Assembly: GCA_041494685.1 (NCBI GenBank)
Contig: JBGQBE010000012.1
Location: 1-64,000 of the forward strand
DNA from: Dehalococcoidia bacterium
GTDB lineage: Bacteria > Chloroflexota > Dehalococcoidia > DSTF01 > JACRBR01
Reading direction: 5' to 3'
DNA length: 64,000 nucleotides
Positions within the stretch are counted from its first letter, which is position 1. Every line of letters starts with the position of its first letter. Shown one piece after another: positions 40,891-50,434 of the stretch. Below the pieces are notes generated by a model. That model did no database searches and was not told the DNA's origin. It saw only the letters and a list, made by a program, of their open reading frames with translations. A program made the position numbers and the translations under genes.

Positions 40891-41727
40891 TCATTCGATT
40901 ATCTCGGTCGTCCTTGTTCCCATAGCAGCTAGCCGCTCTCGGTAGTCCTCGGGAATGTTGGCAAGCAGGGAATCGAGCAGTTTAGCGTCCCAAATCAACA
41001 TCCTGTTTCGCTTGTTCATCAGTCGAAGAAAGACGCGACGACGCTCCGCATCTATACCCGACCGCATCTCGACCGCGCGGTGCAAACAATGCGTCACGAG
41101 ATCCGATGCTTGAAGTCCGGGATGCTCCTGGGAGCAGTCATATGCAATCGAGCGGAACCGGCTTAACTCTGGGTCTGCCGATGTCAAAATGTTGGCGAAG
41201 GCATACTTGGCGCGTCCTTCGTACACCGTCTGCTTGTCGAAGATGAAATCGATCCGGGTTGAATCATCATCTCGGTACACCGCCGCGTCAGCAAGGAAAG
41301 CCTGGAACGCCGCATGATAGGGCTTTGGTGATCCCGAGTCTGTCCACTTGTCGCGCCACTGCTTCAGCTTCCCGCCCGTCAACCCGCGCTGTATCCCCTC
41401 TGCCAACGAAGAAAACGCCTTGACATCGATGATGGAACCAACGGGATAGATGTCGTGATCATCAATGAGACGACAGAGACGCTCGATGAACAGGTTGGAT
41501 TTCGCGTTGGTCCAGTTCCCGTAAGCGCCGATGCGTTGACCTGTGTTCTCTTCGCGGCTAAAGAATTCGTGCGCGTGAAATTCATCGACGCCATATCGCC
41601 TGATTAGGGCCTGCCACTTCTTGTTGAGTCGATCCCACTCCCTCGGCAGGCCGATGTAGCCAGCCATGACGCAGTAACGAGATTCAGCACCGATACCGCT
41701 CTCGTCAGCAAAGCCAAGAAGTTTCAC
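40891..41727 (-). CDS. DUF3800-like protein, IS cargo
   Basis: FADESG, VMAGYI, W..L...EFHAHE, FIFDKQ, LQASDL; low GC; start uncertain (ORF extends to 41781). Confidence 0.8.
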   Translation of the reverse strand: MKLLGFADESGIGAESRYCVMAGYIGLPREWDRLNKKWQALIRRYGVDEFHAHEFFSREENTGQRIGAYGNWTNAKSNLFIERLCRLIDDHDIYPVGSIIDVKAFSSLAEGIQRGLTGGKLKQWRDKWTDSGSPKPYHAAFQAFLADAAVYRDDDSTRIDFIFDKQTVYEGRAKYAFANILTSADPELSRFRSIAYDCSQEHPGLQASDLVTHCLHRAVEMRSGIDAERRRVFLRLMNKRNRMLIWDAKLLDSLLANIPEDYRERLAAMGTRTTEIIE

Positions 41728-41851
41728 AACCACGATGAGATGCTTTCCTGTGTGATACGGAACCTCCGTACCCCCTTGCAATCTTGGTGGCTCATCCCCC
41801 GCTGAGTCAAGTATATTGTTACCTTCTCAGTTCTTGGTTCTGCGCAGCGCG

Positions 41852-43240
41852 CTACACGCGGATCGTCTTCCACTTGCCGCGGTTGAAGCGGCGCAGGAGC
41901 AGCGCCGCGCGCGTCCAGTTCTCCGCGACGGCGCCCAGCCAGGCGAACGGCGCGCCGAGGCCCAGCACCAGCACCATCAGCACGGCGATCGGCACGCGCA
42001 CGCCCCAGGCCGTGGCCGTGAACGTCCCCAGCACGAAGCGCACGTCGCCGGCGCCCCGCAGCGCGCCCGAGAGCGACGCGTGCAGCCCCAGCGCCGGCAG
42101 CGCGAAGGCGAAGACGCGCAGCAGCTTCGCGCCCGTGTCCACGACGGCGGGGTCGTCCACGAAGATGCGCACGATGTACGGCGCGAGCGTGAACTGCAGC
42201 ACGGCCATCACCACGAGCGTGCCGAACGCGAAGGTCCGCACCCGCACCGCGACGCGCTCCGCCAGGTCGGTGCGTCCCGCGCCCAGGTACTGGCCGACGA
42301 GCGCCGTCGCCGCCGTGCCCAGCGCGAAGCCCGGCAGGATCGCCATCTCGACCGAGCGCAGCGCCAGCGAGTGCGCCGCCAGCTGGTCGGTGCCTAATTG
42401 GGCGATGATCCGGGTGTAGACCAGGAACGCCAGCATGAACTGGGCCTCCTCCAGCCCCACCGGCAGCCCGATGTGGAAGAGGCGCCCGAACGATGCGCGC
42501 GTCACGTCCAGCAGGCGCCGCACGTCCATCCGCACAGGCGCGGCGCCGCTGGCCGCGAGGGCCAGCGCCAGCACGCCGCCGGTGCAGCCGGCGCTGGCGT
42601 AGCCGATGCCGGACGCGCGCACGCCCAGGTCCGCGACGTGGCCGCTGATCAGGGTGAACGTGACGACCGCATTGACGATGTTGACGGCCACCAGGATCAG
42701 CATCGGCATCCACGTGTTGCCCATGCCGCGCAGCGAGCCGCTGACCGCGTACAACGTCATCAGCATCGGGAAGCCGAACGCGCCTGCGCGGAGGTACTCG
42801 ACACCGAGCGGCGCGACGTCCGGCTTCGCGCCCATCACGTGCATGATCCGCGGCGCGAACGCGAACACCAGCGCGGTGCAGATGATCCCCCAGACAAGCG
42901 CCGCCACGATCGCCGTGTGCAGCCCCTGCTGCACGCGCGAGCGGTCGCCCGCGCCCACGTCCCGCGCCACCACCGCCGTCGAGCCGACGTCGATCGCCAG
43001 CGCGCCCGACAGCGGGATCCAGAACATCAGCGCGCCGATGCCGACCGCCGCGAGACCGTTCGCGCCGACGTAATGGCCCACCAGCGCCGCGTCCACCCCG
43101 CTCAACACGGAGATCGAGAAGCGCTCGATGACCACCGGCCACGCGAGCTTGAGGATCGTGCGTGAGATGTGCCGCCCGGTCATGTCGAGCGCGCTGGCGC
43201 GCATGACAGGCGGAGTCTGTGCTTCGAGTTCGAGCGCCAA
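41852..43240 (-). CDS. MATE family efflux transporter
   Basis: LAWP, LAAVG, LRGMGNT..PM, VGQYLGAG, LRGAGD; about 12 TM segments. Confidence 0.92.
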   Translation of the reverse strand: MALELEAQTPPVMRASALDMTGRHISRTILKLAWPVVIERFSISVLSGVDAALVGHYVGANGLAAVGIGALMFWIPLSGALAIDVGSTAVVARDVGAGDRSRVQQGLHTAIVAALVWGIICTALVFAFAPRIMHVMGAKPDVAPLGVEYLRAGAFGFPMLMTLYAVSGSLRGMGNTWMPMLILVAVNIVNAVVTFTLISGHVADLGVRASGIGYASAGCTGGVLALALAASGAAPVRMDVRRLLDVTRASFGRLFHIGLPVGLEEAQFMLAFLVYTRIIAQLGTDQLAAHSLALRSVEMAILPGFALGTAATALVGQYLGAGRTDLAERVAVRVRTFAFGTLVVMAVLQFTLAPYIVRIFVDDPAVVDTGAKLLRVFAFALPALGLHASLSGALRGAGDVRFVLGTFTATAWGVRVPIAVLMVLVLGLGAPFAWLGAVAENWTRAALLLRRFNRGKWKTIRV

Positions 43241-43321
43241 GGGGTACCTCTGCCGCGATCCGGGGCGGAAGCAGCTTAGCAGCCGTGCGGGCCGCGTGCG
43301 TGTCCGAGAGAGGCGGCCGGC

Positions 43322-44464
43322 TCAGACCGCCGGCGTCGGCGGGTCCGCGGGTGTGTCGGCAGGCGTCGGCGTATCGGTGCCCGCTGGTACCGGAGTGTCC
43401 GCTGGCGCGGGGGGCGTATCGGTCGCCGCCGGATAGAAGGGTGCCGGGGTGTCGGTCGGTGCGGGCGCCGTCGGCGGCGGCGGCGGCGGTGTCGGCGCGT
43501 CCGCGGGCGATGGCGTGGTGCCGGCCGCCGGCGCGACGATCGGAGGCGCCGGTGTGGGCGTGGGCGTTTCCGTCGGCGTCTCCCCCGGAAGCAGCGTCGC
43601 TGTGGCGGCCGGCGATGGCGTGACCGTCGGCGATACGCCGGGCGTTGGCGTCTGCGTGGCCGTGCGCGTGATCGACAGCGGCCAGGGCGTCGGCGTCGCC
43701 GGGCTGCCCGGCACGGGCGTAACGACGGCGTTCGGGTCACCCTCGATCAGCGCCGGGTCGGCGGGTGTGGCGACCGGGTGGAAGTCGCGAGGCATGCGGT
43801 GCGTTGTCAGGCCGATCTTCTGCGGCTTGCCGCGGCCGAAGTTCCCTGACACGTACGACTTGCCTTCCTGCGGCACGCCGTCCTTCGATATGTCGTCGAA
43901 GGCAACGGGCAGCGACTGCGTGAAGTAGTGGCTGGGCTCGGTCTTCTCGACCTGGAAGTGCAGGTGCGGCGCCGGCGCGTCCGCCGCGTCGCTGCAGGTC
44001 AGCCCGGTTTCGCCCGAGATGGCGATGGGAGCGCCCTGTTCGACGATGTCGCCGGGCTTCACCGTCACGAACCGGAACGCCAGGTGCAGGTAGAGCGCGG
44101 ACGTGCCGTCGCCGTGGTCGATCACCACGTAGTTCGCCGCGTTGGAATATCTTGCGTCGCAGCCGCCGGTGTTGGAGTCCTGCCGCACCATCGCGACCCT
44201 GCCGGAGCGCGCCGCGACGACCGTGTCGTAGTGCAGGTTGAAGTCGAACGCGTACGCCGCGTGCCCGTTGTGCGTCAGTCCCGTCTCCTCGCCCTGCGTC
44301 ACTTCGTGGATCTCGCCGCCGGCCCACGGCAGCAGGTACCCCGGCGCCGCCGGATACGCGCGGTGGTCCGAGGCCGTGCTCGCCAGATCGAAGGCCGGCA
44401 TGATGGCCGCGACCATCGTCACGGAGACGGCGAAGAACGTGGCGAGGAATGGCACAGCGATCAA
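43322..44464 (-). CDS. M23 family peptidase with Pro/Thr-rich tail
   Basis: H...AFD, NYVVIDH, YLHL, PHLHF; signal/TM at N-terminus. Confidence 0.88.
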   Translation of the reverse strand: MIAVPFLATFFAVSVTMVAAIMPAFDLASTASDHRAYPAAPGYLLPWAGGEIHEVTQGEETGLTHNGHAAYAFDFNLHYDTVVAARSGRVAMVRQDSNTGGCDARYSNAANYVVIDHGDGTSALYLHLAFRFVTVKPGDIVEQGAPIAISGETGLTCSDAADAPAPHLHFQVEKTEPSHYFTQSLPVAFDDISKDGVPQEGKSYVSGNFGRGKPQKIGLTTHRMPRDFHPVATPADPALIEGDPNAVVTPVPGSPATPTPWPLSITRTATQTPTPGVSPTVTPSPAATATLLPGETPTETPTPTPAPPIVAPAAGTTPSPADAPTPPPPPPTAPAPTDTPAPFYPAATDTPPAPADTPVPAGTDTPTPADTPADPPTPAV

Positions 44465-44726
44465 CCTCGGGACTAGGCATGGGTGACGCTTCGGTTGTAC
44501 CGGTCGTCAGTGCGGGGGGCTATGCAGCATTACCCTGATACGGGGTGCATTCGCACCGTAGGAGTTCGTGACCGGATCGAAGCCTTGGCGGCGGTGCCGA
44601 ACCTGGCAGCGTGAGAAGTTGACATAATTCTATCGTCGAGGCATCGCCACACCCGTTACGGTGCGGGCGCCTCTCGGCTCGCGGCGTTGCCGGAATCGTG
44701 ATCGCGGCAGCGTCCTGCGGCGTGCG

Positions 44727-45914
44727 TCACTCCCAGCGCAGCAGCAACTGGTAGAGGCGGAACAGCAGGCGCGTGCTGTCCACCGCCACGATCTCCGGGC
44801 GCGTGTTCAGCTTCGGCGACACGTGGTCGAAGAGGCGCAGTTCGTCGAACGTGACGTTCGGGCGGCCGCCGATCGCGTCCTGCAGCCGCCGCGACTCGGT
44901 GTAGGGGATGTATGGGTCGCCCTGGTCGTGCAGGATGATCAAGTCCGCCTTTACGTTGGCGATGCTCGTGCGCGGCGACAGGTAGCTCATGTCGTCGATC
45001 TCCGACTGCGGCAGCCTGTCGATCAGCCGCTGCACGGCGCCCGGGTCGCGGTTCGCCAGGAAGTTGTACGACGCGAGACCGGCCGGGCCGAGCGTCGCAA
45101 TATCCTGCGGGCTCGCCGTCTCGCCGTCGAGGAACCAGCTCGTCAGCAAGCCGCGGTCGCGCTCGCTGTCCACGCGGTCGATCAGCTGGTGCGTCACCAC
45201 GTTGTACGCGTGGATCTTCGGCGTCCAGGGCTCGTCCACGTCCTCATACTCGATGTGGTGCGTGATGATCGCCCCGAAGGTCTGCAGCGCGTCGAAGTAG
45301 CCGCCGAACGAGACCACGTGCTGCACCTCGTCCGCGATGCGCGGGTCCCCCGCCGCGACCAGCGCCAGCGACCCGCCGACGCTGGCGCCGAAGAAGCCCA
45401 TGCGCTGCGGGTCCACGTCCGGCAGCGCGCGCACGTACTGGAATTCCGCCACCAGCGCGTCGATCTCCTCGGGTTCGATCTTCAGCTCGTCCAGCCGGTC
45501 GGAGAACGGCACCAGCATCACGACGCCGGCGCGCGACGCGTCTTCCGCGATCCGCACGAGGCGGGGATCGTCCAGCAGCAGCGGCGGCGCGCCCATCGAG
45601 AACACGACGCCCGCGTGCTTCGCGCCGTGCGCCGGCGTATACAGCTCCGCCTCGATCGTGCGCGGCCCGTTCCGGCTCTGGTACTCGATAGCGACGTGCT
45701 CGCGCTTCGGCGCGTCCGAGATGAGGTCGACCGGGCGGAAGGGCAGCGGCACCTGCAGCACCATGTCGGGCAGGAAGATCGACGCCTTGACGGCGACGCG
45801 GCCCTGTCGGTTCACGCTGAGCAGCAGGGGCGCCGCGATCAGCAGCGCCACCGCCAGCAGCAGCGGCCACGTACGCACGAGCAGGCGTTGCGGGTGGATG
45901 CGGAGGGCGGTCAT
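44727..45914 (-). CDS. membrane-anchored alpha/beta-fold hydrolase
   Basis: VDPQRMGFFGASVGG nucleophile elbow, HDQGD, FDHV. Confidence 0.75.
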   Translation of the reverse strand: MTALRIHPQRLLVRTWPLLLAVALLIAAPLLLSVNRQGRVAVKASIFLPDMVLQVPLPFRPVDLISDAPKREHVAIEYQSRNGPRTIEAELYTPAHGAKHAGVVFSMGAPPLLLDDPRLVRIAEDASRAGVVMLVPFSDRLDELKIEPEEIDALVAEFQYVRALPDVDPQRMGFFGASVGGSLALVAAGDPRIADEVQHVVSFGGYFDALQTFGAIITHHIEYEDVDEPWTPKIHAYNVVTHQLIDRVDSERDRGLLTSWFLDGETASPQDIATLGPAGLASYNFLANRDPGAVQRLIDRLPQSEIDDMSYLSPRTSIANVKADLIILHDQGDPYIPYTESRRLQDAIGGRPNVTFDELRLFDHVSPKLNTRPEIVAVDSTRLLFRLYQLLLRWE

Positions 45915-45983
45915 GCACCGGCAGTCTAATCGCCGCCGGGGGCGGGGTAAACGCGAGGCGCACAGGCACAGGTATACTCCAAT

Positions 45984-46709
45984 GTGCGCCTGGTCCGTTC
46001 ATTCCCCGAAGTGCTCCTCATCATCGTCGCCGCGTCGCTGATCGCGGTGAACGTGCTGCTGTACGCGGGCGTCTACGCGGGCGTCATCGTCGGCGAGAAC
46101 GCGATCGACGCGCGGCACGCCGCGGCGTCGAGCGCGACGGCGGCCGAGCGTGCCGAGCAGGATGCCAGCGAATCGCTGCCGGGGCGGTTCGTGCCCACGC
46201 AGGGCCGGCAACACACGTTGCCGTACCCGGTGCACCCCGGCGTGCCGTTCTGCCCTCCGGACAAGGTCCGCAACGACTGCTACGCGTCGAACCCGCCCTC
46301 CTCCGGCCAGCATCTGCCCGTGGAGAACCTGGTCGCGCTCCCGGACGGGCATCACGTGCGGATCCCGCCCGATCCCGGCGTCTACGACTTCGCCATCCCG
46401 CGCGAGGCGGTCCCGCACATCGAGGAGCACGCCGGCGTGTATCTCGGCTACAACTGCGCCAGCGACGACTGCCGCCAGACGGCGGATCGCATCAAGGACC
46501 TGGTGACGCAGGAGGTCTCGCTCGGCGCGCGCGTCGTCATGTCGCCCGACCCCGATCTCGATCCCGACAGCGTCGGCATCGCTGCGTGGACGCGCGTCGA
46601 CAACTTCGCGATCTCCGACTACACCGACGCGCGCGTGCGCCAGTTCATCAAGGCCCACAGCTGTCGCTTCGACCCGGAGGGCTTCTGCCCGAAGGTGCCG
46701 GTGAACTGA
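45984..46709 (+). CDS. DUF3105-like protein
   Basis: [33 protein letters not shown]. Confidence 0.75.
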   Translation: MRLVRSFPEVLLIIVAASLIAVNVLLYAGVYAGVIVGENAIDARHAAASSATAAERAEQDASESLPGRFVPTQGRQHTLPYPVHPGVPFCPPDKVRNDCYASNPPSSGQHLPVENLVALPDGHHVRIPPDPGVYDFAIPREAVPHIEEHAGVYLGYNCASDDCRQTADRIKDLVTQEVSLGARVVMSPDPDLDPDSVGIAAWTRVDNFAISDYTDARVRQFIKAHSCRFDPEGFCPKVPVN

Positions 46710-46745
46710 CCGGGAAGCGGCGGCGCGACGGAAGGGAGCGGGTGC

Positions 46746-47306
46746 ATGGCAGCCTGGTACGACCACATCGACGACGAGCGCAGGCAGTTCATCGAACGTC
46801 AGCACATCTTCTTCGTCGCCACCGCGTCGGGCGACGCCGAAGGCTACCCGAACCTCTCGCCCAAGGGCCGCAGCCTGCTCCGCGTCCTCGGTCCGAACCT
46901 GGTGGGCTACGCCGACTACCCCGGCAGCGGCAACGAGACCGCCGCGCACCTGGAGCAGGGCAGCCGCATCACCGTCATGCTCTGCAGTTTCGATGCCACC
47001 GCCGGCACGCTGCGCCTCTACGGCCGCGGCCGCCGCGTCGACCTCGACGACCCCGACCTGGCGCGCTATCGCGAGGCCTTCAAGGACGACCTGCACCCGT
47101 ACGTGCGCCAGGCGTTCTTCATCGACGTGGAGAAGGTGCAGACGTCGTGCGGCTACTCTATCCCGCGCATGGCGTACGAGTCCGACCGCGACACGCTGGA
47201 CCGCTGGTGCGAGCGGAAGCTGGAACCACGCGCGATCGTCGACGGTCTTCCCCAGGCCGGCCCGCTTCGCCCGAAGGCTGCCGGCACGCCGCCCCCCATG
47301 CCCTGA
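46746..47306 (+). CDS. pyridoxamine 5'-phosphate oxidase-like FMN-binding protein
   Basis: [30 protein letters not shown]. Confidence 0.88.
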   Translation: MAAWYDHIDDERRQFIERQHIFFVATASGDAEGYPNLSPKGRSLLRVLGPNLVGYADYPGSGNETAAHLEQGSRITVMLCSFDATAGTLRLYGRGRRVDLDDPDLARYREAFKDDLHPYVRQAFFIDVEKVQTSCGYSIPRMAYESDRDTLDRWCERKLEPRAIVDGLPQAGPLRPKAAGTPPPMP

Positions 47307-47312
47307 CACCGA

Positions 47313-47330
47313 TTGTGAAATATTGCCCAA
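47313..47330. promoter_or_regulatory. Rex-operator-like site upstream of nuoB
   Basis: TTGTGAA-ATAT-TGCCCAA versus consensus TTGTGAA-N4-TTCACAA (12/14). Confidence 0.5.
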
Positions 47331-47358
47331 TATGGGGCGATCCGGCAGAATGGACGCC

Positions 47359-47997
47359 ATGGTGCAGGACACGATCCCGCTGATCGGCCAGGAGCCGGAC
47401 ATCGACACCGAGGTCGAGCAGAACATCCTGCTCACCGGCGTCGACACCGTCATGAACTGGGCGCGTTCGTCGTCGCTCTGGCCGACGATGTTCGGCCTCG
47501 CCTGCTGCGCGATGGAGATGATCGCGACGGCGACGCCGCGCTACGACATCGCCCGCTTCGGCGCGGAGATCTTCCGCGCGTCGCCGCGGCAGTCGGACCT
47601 GATGATCGTCTCGGGCACCTGCACGTGGAAGATGGCGCCCGCGATCCGCCGTATCTGGTTGCAGATGCCGGAGCCCAAGTGGGCGATCTCGATGGGCGGC
47701 TGCGCGATCATGGGCGGCCCGTTCGCCTACGGCTACAGCGTGCTGCCCGGCGTCAACCTGCTGGTGCCCGTGGACGTCTACGTGCCCGGCTGCCCGCCGC
47801 GGCCCGAGTCGCTGCTCACCGGCCTCATCATGCTGCAGAACAAGATCATGGACGCGAAGGTGACCGGACAGCGCGAGCGCCCGGAGCCCGACGGCGACTT
47901 CAGCCGCTTCCTGCCGCCGGACGACCCGATCCGCCGCGAGCTTGAGTCGCTCTTCCCCCCGTACCCCGCCTTCGACCCACACGAATCGGTGCTGTGA
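47359..47997 (+). CDS. nuoB: NADH-quinone oxidoreductase subunit B (stand-alone)
   Basis: [45 protein letters not shown]. Confidence 0.93.
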   Translation: MVQDTIPLIGQEPDIDTEVEQNILLTGVDTVMNWARSSSLWPTMFGLACCAMEMIATATPRYDIARFGAEIFRASPRQSDLMIVSGTCTWKMAPAIRRIWLQMPEPKWAISMGGCAIMGGPFAYGYSVLPGVNLLVPVDVYVPGCPPRPESLLTGLIMLQNKIMDAKVTGQRERPEPDGDFSRFLPPDDPIRRELESLFPPYPAFDPHESVL

Positions 47998-48004
47998 CGA
48001 GTCG

Positions 48005-48101
48005 GTAGTTTGTAGTGGGTAGTTTGTAGTCGGAGCGCGCCGCAGGCGCGCTCTTCGAGTGACTACCCACTACAAACTACGAACTCCAAACTAACAACTA
48101 C
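48005..48101. repeat. heptamer-armed palindrome with central GC hairpin
   Basis: GTAGTTT GTAGTGG GTAGTTT GTAGTCG / GAGCGCGCC-GCA-GGCGCGCTC / GACTAC CCACTAC AAACTAC GAACTCC AAACTAA CAACTAC; lies between convergent genes. Confidence 0.8.
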
Positions 48102-48778
48102 CCGTGCACGTATACCGGCATGCCGATCTCCGCGAACGCGAAGATCGCCGCCTCGTCGCCGGTGCGGATGCAGCCGTTGGAGACGTTCCCCGTGGACGCA
48201 TCGACGACGTGGCCGTCCTTGTCCTTGAGGAACGAGTGGAAGCCGTTCGCCTTCTCCGGGTCAAATCCGACCCAGTGGCTGATGTACGTCTGGTACGGCG
48301 CGTCCCACGCCAGGTCTTCGGTCTTGTTGTAGACGTGGAACAGCCCCGTCTGCGTCGACTCGTACGCACCCGTGTCGATCTCCTTGCCCACGGCGACCGG
48401 CGCGATCTCCTTCACCACCGCCGTGCCGTCCATCAGCCGCACCGCGAAGCGCGTCACGTCCACGTCGATCCATCGTCCCTTCGTCGGCGCGAGAGGATCG
48501 GCGGCGGCCGCCGACGCCGTGGGCGCGGCCTCCGCCGCGGCGACTGCGGCAGTCGGTCTCTCGGGGGCGGGCGTCGGTGACACGTCGGAGGCGGCGAGCG
48601 CGGGCGTCGCCGGCTTGCCGCCGCTCGACGGGCTCTGCGCCGGGGTCTGCGTCGCACGCGCCTCGACCGTCACGCCCGCCGCGGACGACGGCCGCCCGCC
48701 GGAGCCGCAGGCCGCGACGAAGACGCCCGCCACGGCGAGCACGATCAGGAGCAGCGGCAGCGGTCGAACCAAGATCAT
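48098..48778 (-). CDS. L,D-transpeptidase (YkuD) family lipoprotein
   Basis: Lipobox VAAC; WIDVD, GFH...SNGCIR catalytic motif. Confidence 0.85.
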   Translation of the reverse strand: MILVRPLPLLLIVLAVAGVFVAACGSGGRPSSAAGVTVEARATQTPAQSPSSGGKPATPALAASDVSPTPAPERPTAAVAAAEAAPTASAAAADPLAPTKGRWIDVDVTRFAVRLMDGTAVVKEIAPVAVGKEIDTGAYESTQTGLFHVYNKTEDLAWDAPYQTYISHWVGFDPEKANGFHSFLKDKDGHVVDASTGNVSNGCIRTGDEAAIFAFAEIGMPVYVHG

Positions 48779-49698
48779 GCCTGGTGGGGCGCGCGGATCT
48801 CGGGCGAGGCGAGGATGACCTCCGCGACGGCCTCAGGTGCTGATCGTAGCAGGGCGCCCCGCCGGCGCGCCATGCCCTGCGCCACGATGCCGTGCCTCGG
48901 CGCCAGCAGCCACGCCGCGAAGAACGTCGCCGTCGCCGCCAGCACGATGATGCCGCCCGCCGACGTATCGAGCTGGTAGGCGATAAAGATGCCCGCGACG
49001 CTCGCGCACGCACCCAGCGCGGCCGCCAGTGCCGCCATCGGCGCCAGCCGGTCCGTGAACAGCCGCGCCGTCGCCGCCGGCGTGATCATCAGTGAGATCA
49101 CCAGGATGTTGCCGACCGCCTTGAACGCAACGACGACCGTCAGCGCCGTCAGCCCCAGCAGCAGGACGTCGAGCGCGACGACCGGCAGCCCCATGGCGCG
49201 CGCGCCGGCCGGGTCGAACGAGGCCATCACCAGCAGCCGCCACAGCGCCACGATCAGCGCCAGCACGCCGCCGCCGATGAGCAGCGTCAGCGCCACGTCC
49301 CAGGCGTCCGCGCCGAGCGGGTCGCCGAAGAGGATGCCCTCGAGTTCGTCGGAGTTCAGGCTGTGGCTCGTGATGATCACCACGCCCAGCGCGAACGCCG
49401 CCGTGAAGATGACGCCGATCGCCGTGTTGTCCCGCACCCGCTCGTTCGCGGTGAGCAGCCCCATGATCGCCGCCGTCGCGAGCCCCGCCACCAGCGCGCC
49501 CACCAGCAGGTTCGCGCCGATGAGGAACGCCGTCACCACGCCCGGGAAGATCGCGTGCGCCAGCGCATCACCCAGGAAGCCGATGCCGCGCAGCACGATG
49601 AACGTGCCGATCACGCCCGCGACGATCGCCACGGCGATGACGTCGGCCAGCGCACGCAGGAACGCCGGGTCGGACAGCGGGTCAGTGATGATGTTCAT
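48775..49698 (-). CDS. Zn/Mn ABC transporter permease
   Basis: GDALAHAIFPG, ILFGD, SFDP, ITPAATA. Confidence 0.9.
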   Translation of the reverse strand: MNIITDPLSDPAFLRALADVIAVAIVAGVIGTFIVLRGIGFLGDALAHAIFPGVVTAFLIGANLLVGALVAGLATAAIMGLLTANERVRDNTAIGVIFTAAFALGVVIITSHSLNSDELEGILFGDPLGADAWDVALTLLIGGGVLALIVALWRLLVMASFDPAGARAMGLPVVALDVLLLGLTALTVVVAFKAVGNILVISLMITPAATARLFTDRLAPMAALAAALGACASVAGIFIAYQLDTSAGGIIVLAATATFFAAWLLAPRHGIVAQGMARRRGALLRSAPEAVAEVILASPEIRAPHQA

Positions 49699-50434
49699 GG
49701 TGCTCCCCGCCCTCCGCGGCGTGATGCGCGAAGTCCTCCGCGGCGATCGGGTCCACGGTGCGCCGCAGCACGATCATCGAGCCGCCGTGGATGTGCGTGT
49801 GCGTCGCCTGCAGCACGACCTTGCCCTCGTCGCGCCACTCGTCGAACAGCTCCAGGATCCGGTCGTGCGTCTCCGCGTCGATGCCGGTCATCGGCTCGTC
49901 CAGCAGGATCACGTCCGACTCCTGCGCCAGCGCGCGCGCGATGAACGTGCGCCGCTGCTGTCCGCCCGAAAGCTCGCTGATCTGCCGCCGTGCCAGCGGC
50001 GCGATGCCGACGCGCTCCATCGCGTGCGCGACGATGTGTGCGTCTTCCGCGGTGGGGCGGCGCAGCCAGCCGCGGCGGGGATAGCGCCCCATCATCACCA
50101 CGTCGCGCACCGAGACCGGGAACGCCCAGTCCACGTCTTCGCGCTGCGGCACGTAGGCGACGTGTCGGCGCATCCGGGCGATCGGCTGGTCGAACAGCGT
50201 GATCTCGCCGCCCGTCAGCGGGATCAGCCCCGCGATCGCCTTCAGCAGCGTGCTCTTGCCCGAACCGTTCGGCCCGACGATGCTCACGACCTGGCTGCGC
50301 GGGATGTCCGCGTCCACGTGCGCCAGCACGACGCGGCTGCCGTACGCGATCGTCACGTCGCGCAGCAGCAGGCAGCGGGCGTGCATGGCACTCGGCTCCG
50401 GCGCCGCGGTCGGTGTGGGCGCGACCTCAGCCAA
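49682..50434 (-). CDS. Zn/Mn ABC transporter ATP-binding protein with His-rich tail
   Basis: GPNGSGKS, YVPQR, LSGGQQRR, LLDEP; ends HHAAEGGEHHEHHH. Confidence 0.9.
   Translation of the reverse strand: MAEVAPTPTAAPEPSAMHARCLLLRDVTIAYGSRVVLAHVDADIPRSQVVSIVGPNGSGKSTLLKAIAGLIPLTGGEITLFDQPIARMRRHVAYVPQREDVDWAFPVSVRDVVMMGRYPRRGWLRRPTAEDAHIVAHAMERVGIAPLARRQISELSGGQQRRTFIARALAQESDVILLDEPMTGIDAETHDRILELFDEWRDEGKVVLQATHTHIHGGSMIVLRRTVDPIAAEDFAHHAAEGGEHHEHHH

Larger units (their letters stand above)
39703..41823 (+). mobile_element. IS1595-family insertion sequence with passenger genes (2121 bp)
   Basis: Terminal IRs GGTAATAGTATACTTGACTCAG / GGTAACAATATACTTGACTCAG (20/22); flanks TTCTAGGT and TTCTCAGT (6/8, degenerate 8-bp TSD); IS1595 transposase inside. 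Confidence 0.92.

Noticed and set aside
43322..43740. Low-complexity repeats in the M23 gene
   Set aside because: They encode a Pro/Thr-rich protein linker, not an independent DNA repeat.
44465..44726. c-di-AMP (ydaO) riboswitch before the M23 peptidase
   Set aside because: Consensus elements (GCUGAA, GGAACC, CAGCUAAC) not found.
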